Virus record (IMG/VR): IMGVR_UViG_3300045988_180880
Location: 192,001 to 256,000 of that record
DNA length: 64,000 nucleotides
Direction: 5' to 3' (one strand)
DNA from: a virus
The position numbers and the translations under genes are program-made. The notes beneath the pieces were generated by a model that saw only the letters and a list, made by a program, of their open reading frames with translations, was not told the DNA's origin and made no database searches. Positions 27,602 to 35,684 of this stretch are shown piece after piece. Numbering within the stretch: the stretch's first letter is position 1; each line of letters opens with the position of its first letter.

Positions 27602-29761
27602 ATGGCTCGTTACCCGGCGCAGTTACAATCTGCGAATCTTAATGAATTTGGTATTGTCTATGCCGACGAAATACAAGGCCATAAAACAGTTGCTACTCTG
27701 AATGCACTTTATGCTATCACAGATCCTATTCTTAGTAAATCCGTAGTAAATACTAATAATGATGCTATCGGACAAGAGTGGTTTGTTGTATCAGAGGATT
27801 GTTATTACAGATTAGACAACTGGGCCAATAGACATGCAGCTTCTGGATGGACTAAACTTCAAGTAGTAGATACAGAGTTTAATAGTCTTTCTACACATGG
27901 AGCTGATAAGATAAAAAATTTCACAACATCACCATCGACAGTAACTCTCAACTATAATACGTGGAGATCATCTACTGTAAATGCTGATGGAACCGCTGTA
28001 ATAAACGCTGCTACACAATCTGCAGCGGGTGTTCTAAGCGCAGCGGATAAAACTAAATTAGATGGATTAAATACAGATTCTATTAATGATATATCTGTAA
28101 CATCTAATGCTAATAAAGCTACTATTACATTTGTATCTGATAATGGTAATAAGGAAGATATAAGTACTACTATAGATTTTCCTATATCTACTACTACCGC
28201 AGCAGGTACAATGAGCGCCAAAGATAAAACAGAATTAGATAGAATTAATACTGCTAACTTTGCTCTTGGCGCTGTAACTCCTGCTGCGTCTACTGTAGGA
28301 ATAGCTGCTTCTAAAACAAATGTAACTGATGGTACTACCGCTGCGAATAATATTACGCTGCCTGCTGCTACACAATCTGCAGCGGGTGTTCTAAGCGCAG
28401 CGGATAAAACTAAAGTTGACCGAATCACAGGTACTAATCATGTTATCTCTCAGCCTACTACAACAGCTACCTCAAGAGTAATTACTATAACGGGTATAAA
28501 TCCTACAGATAATAAAGCAGTTTCTAGTTCTATCACTCTTCCAGAAGTATCAGAAACTCAGGCAGGTCTCGCAAGTGCATCTGATAAGAAAACTCTCAAT
28601 GCTATTAAAACTCTTGGGAATTCTTCTCACTTGAAAGATGAAGGTTGCTGGACTAGAACAGCTTCTAATGTAGCTATAAACTTCACTTGTACTAATGTTA
28701 GTGGTAATTCTACAGATACTAACGCAAAAAATGAACATTCAGTTAATATTGGAGCTGCATCATCTACTCTTGCAGGGGTAATGACTTCAACCGATAAGAC
28801 AGAACTTGATAGAATAACCACAGCGAATTTTGCTTTAGGTGCAGTTACGCCAGCAGCTTCAAGTGTAGCTATCGCAGCAACAAAAACAACTATTTCTACA
28901 GGAGTTAGTGCAGCAAACAATATAACTCTTCCCGCTGCAACTGCTAGTGTAGCTGGTGTTATGACTGCTGCAGATAAAGTAAAGCTTGATACTACTCTTC
29001 CTAACTTAATTAACTCTAATAAAACAACTATTGATAATTATACTGTAAATGGAATTAAAATTTCTACTAATCCCGTTGTAACAGGAGCAAATACTAAAGT
29101 AACTGGGTATTCAAAACCAACTACGACTGGAGCTATTGCAGCAACTGATAGTATCAATGGAGCTCTTGGAAAATTAGAGAAAAAGTTAGATGATGAAGTA
29201 ACTAATAGAACTAATGCTGTTTCAAATCTAACTAATACAGTAAATAATAATAAGACTACAATAGATAACTATACTGTTGGAGGAATAAAAATTTCTGCTA
29301 ATCCTAAAGTGGCAAATGGAACAAATACTACAGTATCTACTGCTAATAGTACGATTACTTGGTCTCTAAACTCTACTATATCACTTACTAGAGTTAATGC
29401 TTCTAGTGGATTCTATCAGACTTCAGATAAACGTTTGAAATCAGATATTAAACCTTTGGAACATACACTTGAGGAGATTTGTTCTATTCCGACAGATTCA
29501 TTTATTTTAGGTGGGAAAAAAGACCTTGGAACTATAGCACAAGAACTTGAACCAACTTTCCCTGAACTAGTAACAGACGCCGAACTTAAACAATCCGATG
29601 TACCTAACCCTGAAAACTTTGAAACCATTGAGAAAGATGGTGAAACTTATGTTCTAGTTAAAGAAGTTGATTATGCTAAAATGAGTGTTCTAGCAATCGA
29701 AGGTATTAAATTACTTAAGGCCGAAATAGATGAACTTAAAAAGCAGTTATTAGATAAATAA
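27602..29761 (+). CDS. tail fibre with C-terminal S74 intramolecular chaperone (auto-cleaving) domain
   Basis: N-terminus homologous to that of the giant fibre. Internal AAGVLSAADKTKLD / AAGTMSAKDKTELDRI repeats. C-terminal SDKRLKSDIKPL...GTIAQELEPTFPELV...VDYAKMSVLAIEGIK is typical of the endosialidase-type chaperone. Confidence 0.8.
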   Translation: MARYPAQLQSANLNEFGIVYADEIQGHKTVATLNALYAITDPILSKSVVNTNNDAIGQEWFVVSEDCYYRLDNWANRHAASGWTKLQVVDTEFNSLSTHGADKIKNFTTSPSTVTLNYNTWRSSTVNADGTAVINAATQSAAGVLSAADKTKLDGLNTDSINDISVTSNANKATITFVSDNGNKEDISTTIDFPISTTTAAGTMSAKDKTELDRINTANFALGAVTPAASTVGIAASKTNVTDGTTAANNITLPAATQSAAGVLSAADKTKVDRITGTNHVISQPTTTATSRVITITGINPTDNKAVSSSITLPEVSETQAGLASASDKKTLNAIKTLGNSSHLKDEGCWTRTASNVAINFTCTNVSGNSTDTNAKNEHSVNIGAASSTLAGVMTSTDKTELDRITTANFALGAVTPAASSVAIAATKTTISTGVSAANNITLPAATASVAGVMTAADKVKLDTTLPNLINSNKTTIDNYTVNGIKISTNPVVTGANTKVTGYSKPTTTGAIAATDSINGALGKLEKKLDDEVTNRTNAVSNLTNTVNNNKTTIDNYTVGGIKISANPKVANGTNTTVSTANSTITWSLNSTISLTRVNASSGFYQTSDKRLKSDIKPLEHTLEEICSIPTDSFILGGKKDLGTIAQELEPTFPELVTDAELKQSDVPNPENFETIEKDGETYVLVKEVDYAKMSVLAIEGIKLLKAEIDELKKQLLDK

Positions 29762-29768
29762 AATAAAG

Positions 29769-29808
29769 GGAGGTTGATCAAGAGTAAAAACTTGATTGCC
29801 TCCTTTTA
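29769..29808 (+). terminator. hairpin terminator after fibre gene
   Basis: GGAGG..ATCAAG / CTTGAT..CCTCC interrupted stem, then TTTT. Confidence 0.45.
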
Positions 29809-29828
29809 AATTTAAAAGTAGGAATGAA

Positions 29829-32447
29829 ATGGATCAAATAATTAATTTTAAAATAAATACAGAACTATTTACAAGTAGATCTGAAGCGATCCTAGCCTTA
29901 GAAAACATTATATTTACTCAAGGAGAGCCAGTTATTGCAATTTATGGAACTACTTCTCAAAATGCTAAAATTATTCTAGCCGTCGGAAAAAGAAATGGAG
30001 CTGGAAAAAATGCATTTGAAATAATTTCCACTAAAGAAGATATGTCTGAAACTTTGAATATTATTAATTCTTTGAATAATGAGTTCACAGAACATATCAA
30101 AGCAGAAGCAGGTGATAAGCTTGGACATGTAATAACAGGAGGAGATATTGTTTTCTCTGGAGGTATAGGAACTGTAGTTTCGGCTGGAAAGGTAAAAAAT
30201 AAACTCACTTTTACTGGTGGAACTTTTGAAGGAACAGATAAAACTACATTTGATGGTTCTGAGGCTGTAACGATAAAAATTCCTAGCCCCTCATTTACTG
30301 TTCCTAAACCATTAGGACATGCAATAGCTGGAGAATCTAAGGAGTGGGCTAGAGCTGACCATGTGCATGAAGCTCCTAAATCAGTCTCTGGAAATGCTGG
30401 TAGTGCTGATAAATTAAGTTCTAAAAGAAATATAACTTTAACCGGAGCTGTTACTGGAGGTGTAGTAACTGATTTTTCAGGAGATATTACAATTAATACT
30501 TCCAAAAACCATACACATGATATTTCAGAGGTTACTGGTCTACGAGGTGAGTTGAACACCTTAGAAGCAACTAAAGCTCCCATTGAAAGTCCTATCTTCA
30601 CAGGAACTCCAGAGGCTCCAACAGCTCCACAAGGAACTAATACTAATCAGTTAGCTACTACTGCATTTGTTATCAAGGAAATTGGAGAAAAAATAGAAGC
30701 TGCTGTAGCCTTGAAATTTAAAGGAACTCTCGGAACAACTGGAACTGTTAAGAGTCTTCCTGCTCAACATACAACAGGTGACGTCTATGTTGCCACTACT
30801 GGAGCTCCGAATGTATCAGGACTTAGACTTGAACCTGGTGATATAATAATTTGTATCAAAGATGGTTCAACTGCTAATGATTCTGATTGGACAGTTGTAC
30901 AAACTAATATAGATGGAGCTGTAACAGGACCTGGAAATGCAGTTTCTGGGAATTTAGTGCTTTTTAATGGAACTACAGGAAAAGTTATATCAGATTCTGG
31001 TCTTTCATTAGCAGACCTAGCAAAAGTAACAACTACTATTTCTGCAGGCCCTGGTTTAACTGGAGGTGGATCTATTGGAGGAAATCAAGTAATATCACAT
31101 GCTTCTCAACCAACTACAGGAACTAATGCAGGGGGTAATTCTGGAGCTTTTGTCACCAACATTAAGATCGATTCCTTTGGACATGTTGTAGAAGCCTTAA
31201 AAGGAGACTTAACTGGATCATATCTAGCACCCTCCGGAGAATATATTTCAGGAATTACACTCTCAGGGAATACACTATCAGGAAATTCTAAACCATTCCC
31301 TAATATTGAAATTGAAAATGGAGAAGTAGGTGGATCGGAAGAATTTGTTACTGGAATCTCTGTAAATACTGTTTTAAATAATCATAGAATTCAAGTTAAT
31401 AAAGGAACAATCCCTGGAATAATAGTAACTGGAGATGGTGGTGAAGGAAATCCTAGAAAATATGTTTCAGGAATAGAATCAGATGGACATCATGGAATAT
31501 CTTTTACTACTTCTGAAGAATCTGGAATGGTTAAAGTTTCAAAAGATGGTTCAGCTGATTACTTAGGAAATAAAGTTCTCTCTGGAATTAGTTCTGGAAA
31601 TACTTATGCAACTACCGTAACTCAAGATACTGATGCTCTAAGATTAACTACTACAATTTCAGAGATAGATGGTGGAGATGATCAAGGAAGCCAAGGAAAA
31701 CGTCAAGTAATTAGAGTAAAAAGATATACTACAGGTGGAATTCTTCCTAGTGGGTTAGCTTCAGGGGAAATAGCTATAAACTTGGTTGATAATTATCTTT
31801 ATGTTGGAAATGAAAAAGGTGGAGTTCAAAGAGTCTATCCGAATGCTACACCACAAGTAGATGGTCTTTTATCAGCCGAAGATAAATCACGCCTCGAAAA
31901 AGCTATATCTGATATCGCTGATCATGCTTCAAGTCTGGGAACGATAAATACTGAGCTTGATGTTCTTGAGGAAGATTTGAAAGACACGAAGGAAAAATTA
32001 ACTGAAAAAATTTCTCAAGAATCCGAGGCGAGAAAAACGGCTGATCAAGATTTTAAGGAAAACTTGAATACTGAAACTCAAGAAAGAACTACCGAAGATA
32101 TTGCTATAAGAGAATATATAGACTCTACAAAATCAGAGTTAAATGAAAAGATAGATAAACTTATTGGTTCAGGAGGAGAGACTGAAGGAGGATTAGCTGC
32201 AGAAGTGGAAGCTAGAAAACAAGGAGATAAATATAACTTCGATCTCTTAAAATTTGCAATTCAGAGAGTAAATTCATCTGCTGGTTTTGAAGATCCTGAT
32301 CCCGATGATGACAGTATTTATAGTAATTTCCCAGATCTTTCAGATACACATTACCTAAGAGGGCAGAGCAATTTAGTAGGATGTCTTAAGGTTCTTGACC
32401 AGAAAATTTATGAACTAGAACAAGCATTAACCATTAAAACACTCTAA
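29829..32447 (+). CDS. tail fibre protein 3
   Basis: The track ORF starts at a TTG inside the terminator; first in-frame ATG is at 29829. Gly/Thr-rich beta-type sequence, ARADHVHEAP motif, C-terminal coiled coil. Confidence 0.7.
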   Translation: MDQIINFKINTELFTSRSEAILALENIIFTQGEPVIAIYGTTSQNAKIILAVGKRNGAGKNAFEIISTKEDMSETLNIINSLNNEFTEHIKAEAGDKLGHVITGGDIVFSGGIGTVVSAGKVKNKLTFTGGTFEGTDKTTFDGSEAVTIKIPSPSFTVPKPLGHAIAGESKEWARADHVHEAPKSVSGNAGSADKLSSKRNITLTGAVTGGVVTDFSGDITINTSKNHTHDISEVTGLRGELNTLEATKAPIESPIFTGTPEAPTAPQGTNTNQLATTAFVIKEIGEKIEAAVALKFKGTLGTTGTVKSLPAQHTTGDVYVATTGAPNVSGLRLEPGDIIICIKDGSTANDSDWTVVQTNIDGAVTGPGNAVSGNLVLFNGTTGKVISDSGLSLADLAKVTTTISAGPGLTGGGSIGGNQVISHASQPTTGTNAGGNSGAFVTNIKIDSFGHVVEALKGDLTGSYLAPSGEYISGITLSGNTLSGNSKPFPNIEIENGEVGGSEEFVTGISVNTVLNNHRIQVNKGTIPGIIVTGDGGEGNPRKYVSGIESDGHHGISFTTSEESGMVKVSKDGSADYLGNKVLSGISSGNTYATTVTQDTDALRLTTTISEIDGGDDQGSQGKRQVIRVKRYTTGGILPSGLASGEIAINLVDNYLYVGNEKGGVQRVYPNATPQVDGLLSAEDKSRLEKAISDIADHASSLGTINTELDVLEEDLKDTKEKLTEKISQESEARKTADQDFKENLNTETQERTTEDIAIREYIDSTKSELNEKIDKLIGSGGETEGGLAAEVEARKQGDKYNFDLLKFAIQRVNSSAGFEDPDPDDDSIYSNFPDLSDTHYLRGQSNLVGCLKVLDQKIYELEQALTIKTL

Positions 32448-32450
32448 TAT

Positions 32451-32663
32451 ATGGCATTAACTAATTTTTATAAAGGACCTGAAGCTGAATATTCTAGAGA
32501 GAAACATATTAATGGTATCTATATGAGCACTGATTCTAGAAAGCTTTGGATATTCGGACAACCAACACAAGAATTATCAGATATTATAGAAAAAACTGAT
32601 TATGATGCTCTTGAATCTAAAGATCCGAATTTAATATATATCGTAAAATTATCAGAAGAATGA
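32451..32663 (+). CDS. hypothetical small protein
   Basis: ORF-track ORF; operon packing. Confidence 0.5.
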   Translation: MALTNFYKGPEAEYSREKHINGIYMSTDSRKLWIFGQPTQELSDIIEKTDYDALESKDPNLIYIVKLSEE

Positions 32664-32974
32664 AAAAATTAATTCTAACCCTGATCACTACTCTATTAAT
32701 TATTTCTTGTGGTACTACTCGAAAATTTAATACTACTTTTTATGAAGGCTTTTCGATAGAACCACAAAGAATAGTAGATAGTATAACTACAGCAAATTTA
32801 CTTCCAGCGTCTATAGAATATCAAGAATGGCCTAAGTTGATGTACTTTACTAGTGATTCAGTTATAACTACACAGTATACGACTATAACCACTAAAGAAG
32901 ATACGACTTATATATTCTCGATAACTGAATCCGCTGGAGATAGTATATACTTAATTAAATTTAGAAAAGAATAA
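32660..32974 (+). CDS. lipoprotein (possible spanin-type or exclusion lipoprotein)
   Basis: Signal peptide with lipobox: MKKLILTLITTLLIISC|GTT. Sits just before the holin-like gene. Confidence 0.55.
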   Translation: MKKLILTLITTLLIISCGTTRKFNTTFYEGFSIEPQRIVDSITTANLLPASIEYQEWPKLMYFTSDSVITTQYTTITTKEDTTYIFSITESAGDSIYLIKFRKE

Positions 32975-32979
32975 TAGTT

Positions 32980-33285
32980 ATGGATTTTGTATCAGTATTT
33001 TCAACATTAGCTGCTTTAGTGGCTGGTGTTCCTGTTGTTACACAGGCAATTAAGAAACTTATAGGTAAAGAACTTCCAGGGTGGGCTAATCAATTAATTT
33101 CTTGGATAGTTGCCATTGGATTATGTATGTTCGGTTGGTTTTTCGATCTTGGATGTCTTGCTGAAGCTTCTTGGTGGCAATCTCTCATAGTAGGCGCTGG
33201 TGTTGGATTAGCTAGTAACGGTGTATTTGATATCGCTCTAGTTCAGGGAATACTTGAACTTATATTCGGAAAAATAAAAAAGTAA
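32980..33285 (+). CDS. holin-like membrane protein
   Basis: 101 aa with about three hydrophobic segments and a charged C-terminus (GKIKK), directly upstream of a peptidase gene. Confidence 0.5.
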   Translation: MDFVSVFSTLAALVAGVPVVTQAIKKLIGKELPGWANQLISWIVAIGLCMFGWFFDLGCLAEASWWQSLIVGAGVGLASNGVFDIALVQGILELIFGKIKK

Positions 33286-33287
33286 TT

Positions 33288-33869
33288 ATGAGATCTTACG
33301 GTTATATTAAAACAGAAAACCTAGAAAGTTACTCAGAATATAAACCACAACCTATCACACTTCCGGCCGAATATAAACTCAAAGATATCGGCAAAGTGTG
33401 GGATCAAGGTAGTGTCGGAAGCTGTGTTAGTCATTCAATAGCAGAAATGTATAATTTTTATCAGCTAAGTCATGGAAAAACTCTAGAGAAAAAGCCTGAT
33501 TGGTTATACTATCTTAGAGCTGATAAAACAATAGATGGAATGATGCCTGCTGAAGGTTTCGAGTTAATGAAAACGGCCGGAGAAATAAAAATCTTCTCAA
33601 GAATATCAACTATCGAAGGAATTAAACATGCAGTAATAACAAATGGACCTGCACTTATAGCTGTTATTGTAAGAAACGGAGAACGTGATGATTTCTGGAA
33701 TGGTTCTGAAAACTTAGGAGGACATGCGATAAGTATTGTTGGTTTCTCTAGAGATGGATTTATGATAAAAAATTCTTGGGGTTATGGATATGCAGAGTCC
33801 GGTTTTTCTGAGATGAGCTATGAAGATGCTGGAAAAGTAATTCGAGAAGCTTGGACTATAATAGAATAA
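33288..33869 (+). CDS. papain-family (C1-like) cysteine peptidase, candidate endolysin
   Basis: DQGSVGSCVSHS (catalytic Cys context), GGHAISIVGF (His) and IKNSWG (Asn-Ser-Trp) in canonical order. Confidence 0.65.
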   Translation: MRSYGYIKTENLESYSEYKPQPITLPAEYKLKDIGKVWDQGSVGSCVSHSIAEMYNFYQLSHGKTLEKKPDWLYYLRADKTIDGMMPAEGFELMKTAGEIKIFSRISTIEGIKHAVITNGPALIAVIVRNGERDDFWNGSENLGGHAISIVGFSRDGFMIKNSWGYGYAESGFSEMSYEDAGKVIREAWTIIE

Positions 33870-33875
33870 AAAAAG

Positions 33876-33912
33876 AGACTAGTAAAGGGTTTAATTTTCC
33901 CAATACTAGTCT
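33876..33912. terminator. bidirectional hairpin terminator between convergent genes
   Basis: AGACTAGTA (33876-33884) / TACTAGTCT (33904-33912), with A-run and T-run flanks. Confidence 0.55.
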
Positions 33913-33922
33913 TTTATTTTCT

Positions 33923-34603
33923 TTATATCCTCTCTATAAATACCTCATAATCATCTTTACAATACCAACTTGGACATGTATGAGGATTTCCATGTCTATT
34001 TCCTTTTCCTCGGTTTATATAACTTTTCCATCTATATATTGTATCAGATTTCTTAAGAGCTTTCCACCAAACATCAAGTGTCGTTTTTATCCATGAACCT
34101 TTCTCGGCTATTATGTCTGATGGATTAACTAAAGGTTTATTATTATCGTAGTCTCTCAAGTGATGCCAAATATAAGGTCCAGTATATACAAATTTCTTCG
34201 GCCTTGGAGAATATACGGCGATGAATTTTTGGTCGTCAGAATAATCATCATCTCCTGTGTAACAAAAATCTACTTGAATCTCTTTTATCCCGACCCTCCT
34301 TAGTATCGCCGTTTTTTCATCAGGCCGTAAATTATAATACTCATCTCTTATTATCTTTTTCCCAGTCAAATCTCTAAGATAAAAGAATCTACCATTACCT
34401 TCTTTCCCAGGGATCATATCTTTAGGAGACTTACCTAATAAAAAAGTTTCAATATAACCTTTGGGAAATGCATAAAATCCCTTCCTAACTGGAGCTGTAT
34501 GAAATCCTCGAAAAGGTGAATCCCCAGGGAGTGATCCCTCTTTATGATCCTGTGGAGATAAAGTACCCCACCTAAAAAATTCATAACTATTCCTCTTTTT
34601 CAT
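33923..34603 (-). CDS. hypothetical protein
   Basis: ORF-track ORF with a complex Trp/Tyr-rich sequence; no recombinase motifs. Confidence 0.6.
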   Translation of the reverse strand: MKKRNSYEFFRWGTLSPQDHKEGSLPGDSPFRGFHTAPVRKGFYAFPKGYIETFLLGKSPKDMIPGKEGNGRFFYLRDLTGKKIIRDEYYNLRPDEKTAILRRVGIKEIQVDFCYTGDDDYSDDQKFIAVYSPRPKKFVYTGPYIWHHLRDYDNNKPLVNPSDIIAEKGSWIKTTLDVWWKALKKSDTIYRWKSYINRGKGNRHGNPHTCPSWYCKDDYEVFIERI

Positions 34604-34910
34604 AAACTCTATTTTTAAAAGTTACAGCCGAAAATCTCTTCTTTACTACTTTTAAGACTTTTTTCTCCAAAGATCGATACTCATTAGAAGAATAATCACG
34701 TTTTAATTCAATATATTCCCAAGGCTCGTCATAAATAAATTCCCAATCAGATGTGCACTTAATTAATTCAGCTGTCCATGGATCTGAATGTCTCCACCTA
34801 AGATAAATACAATAACCTTGAGATGAAATCGGATCAAGAAAATAATAATAACATTGACTTGGACACCATATTAAATCCTCTATCCAATAACCTAATAATT
34901 GTTCGTTCAT
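34587..34910 (-). CDS. hypothetical protein
   Basis: ORF-track ORF. A CCTTATATATG motif lies 25 nt upstream on the minus strand. Confidence 0.6.
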   Translation of the reverse strand: MNEQLLGYWIEDLIWCPSQCYYYFLDPISSQGYCIYLRWRHSDPWTAELIKCTSDWEFIYDEPWEYIELKRDYSSNEYRSLEKKVLKVVKKRFSAVTFKNRVYEKEE

Positions 34911-34935
34911 ATATAATATACTGTTTTTTCATTAA

Positions 34936-34946
34936 CATATATAAGG
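34936..34946 (-). promoter_or_regulatory. candidate promoter CCTTATATATG for 34587..34910
   Basis: Perfect motif family core on the minus strand, 25 nt before the ATG at 34910. Abuts inverted repeat A. Confidence 0.4.
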
Positions 34947-34969
34947 AAATAAACGTTCCTTTAAATCAG
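34945..34969 (+). repeat. inverted repeat A (GGAAATAAACGTTCCTTTAAATCAG)
   Basis: Its perfect 25-bp reverse complement is at 35614-35638. The core TAAACGTTCCTTTAA is shared with 39628-39648 and 40315-40335. Confidence 0.9.
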
Positions 34970-35272
34970 GATGGTAGTCACAGAACTGTACAAATATCTT
35001 TAACTCCAGTATCTGCTTCAGATTGGATATTATCCGGAAATGTTAATGGAATCTTATTCACTATAAATTCTCCCGAAATATCTACCTCTGTAGATTTATC
35101 AAACACTATACCAAAGGAAATTAATGTACGTGTAATTGCAACCTATTCTTACAGAAGTAATTCTGGTGGGATAGGTAAATGGATGGTAGGTTCTGCTGAG
35201 TCAAATAGTGTATCATTTTCTCAAGGGGAAACAGGAAGTAAAACGATTTCAGTTATTGGAAGACCTTATTAA
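34946..35272 (+). other. start-less coding cassette 1L (EINVPLNQ + ~100 aa beta-rich domain)
   Basis: Open frame from the IR to TAA at 35270-35272. The track ORF 34823..35272 gains its Met only by running antisense through 34587..34910. Confidence 0.55.
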
Positions 35273-35289
35273 ATTAATTTCCTTCTATT

Positions 35290-35637
35290 CTATAATACTT
35301 TTTCAGTTCTAATATTAATTGTTGTTTCTTTATCTTTAAATATTGTAAAAGTACTATTAATATTTGTAATAATATATTTATTAGGACTTTCTACTGATCC
35401 TCCATCTATTATTCTATAAGTTCCAACTCTTAATGTATGGGTACTAGAGTAACTAGAAGAACCCTCTTCATTAGTGATTGGTGTAGTAATTTCAGATTGT
35501 ATGCCATCATCTTCATTTTTTATAATAATAAATAGATGAATGTATTCTTCTATATCTATATTAAACCATTTCCAGTCTATATTTAAAGTTCCTAAATTTA
35601 AAATCTTACCACTCTGATTTAAAGGAACGTTTATTTC
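35290..35637 (-). other. start-less coding cassette 1R (EINVPLNQ + ~107 aa)
   Basis: Minus-strand frame is open from the IR to TAG at 35290-35292 (115 codons). There is an in-frame TGA two codons upstream of the IR, no ATG, and the ORF is absent from the ORF track. Confidence 0.55.
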
Positions 35638-35638
35638 C
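35614..35638 (-). repeat. inverted repeat B
   Basis: Perfect reverse complement of 34945-34969. Confidence 0.9.
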
Positions 35639-35645
35639 GATCAAT

Positions 35646-35660
35646 TCCTTATTAATGTAT
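35646..35660 (+). promoter_or_regulatory. candidate promoter TCCTTATTAATGTAT
   Basis: Motif family member, 25 nt upstream of the ATG at 35685. Confidence 0.4.
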
Positions 35661-35684
35661 ATTAAAATTAAATAAATTAATCAT

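Noticed and set aside
17953-29761. Diversity-generating retroelement (TR/VR) or CRISPR-like explanation for the fibre repeats
   Set aside because: There is no reverse transcriptase in the window. The repeats are in-frame tandem protein modules, and differences between copies are not adenine-specific. There is no spacer/repeat regularity outside coding sequence.
34823-35272. Track ORF 34823..35272 as an ordinary 149-aa gene
   Set aside because: Its first ~29 codons run antisense through the 5' end of 34587..34910, and no promoter-family motif precedes it. Its last ~107 codons are cassette 1L. I kept it only as one possible expression context for site A.
34945-35638. IR-flanked modules interpreted as MITE/IS-type transposable elements
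   Set aside because: The flanks show no target-site duplication and there is no transposase. The two modules share only the ~15-21 bp core and have unrelated interiors, and the repeats are in frame with the cassette ORFs. This fits recombination sites inside coding sequence better than transposon ends.
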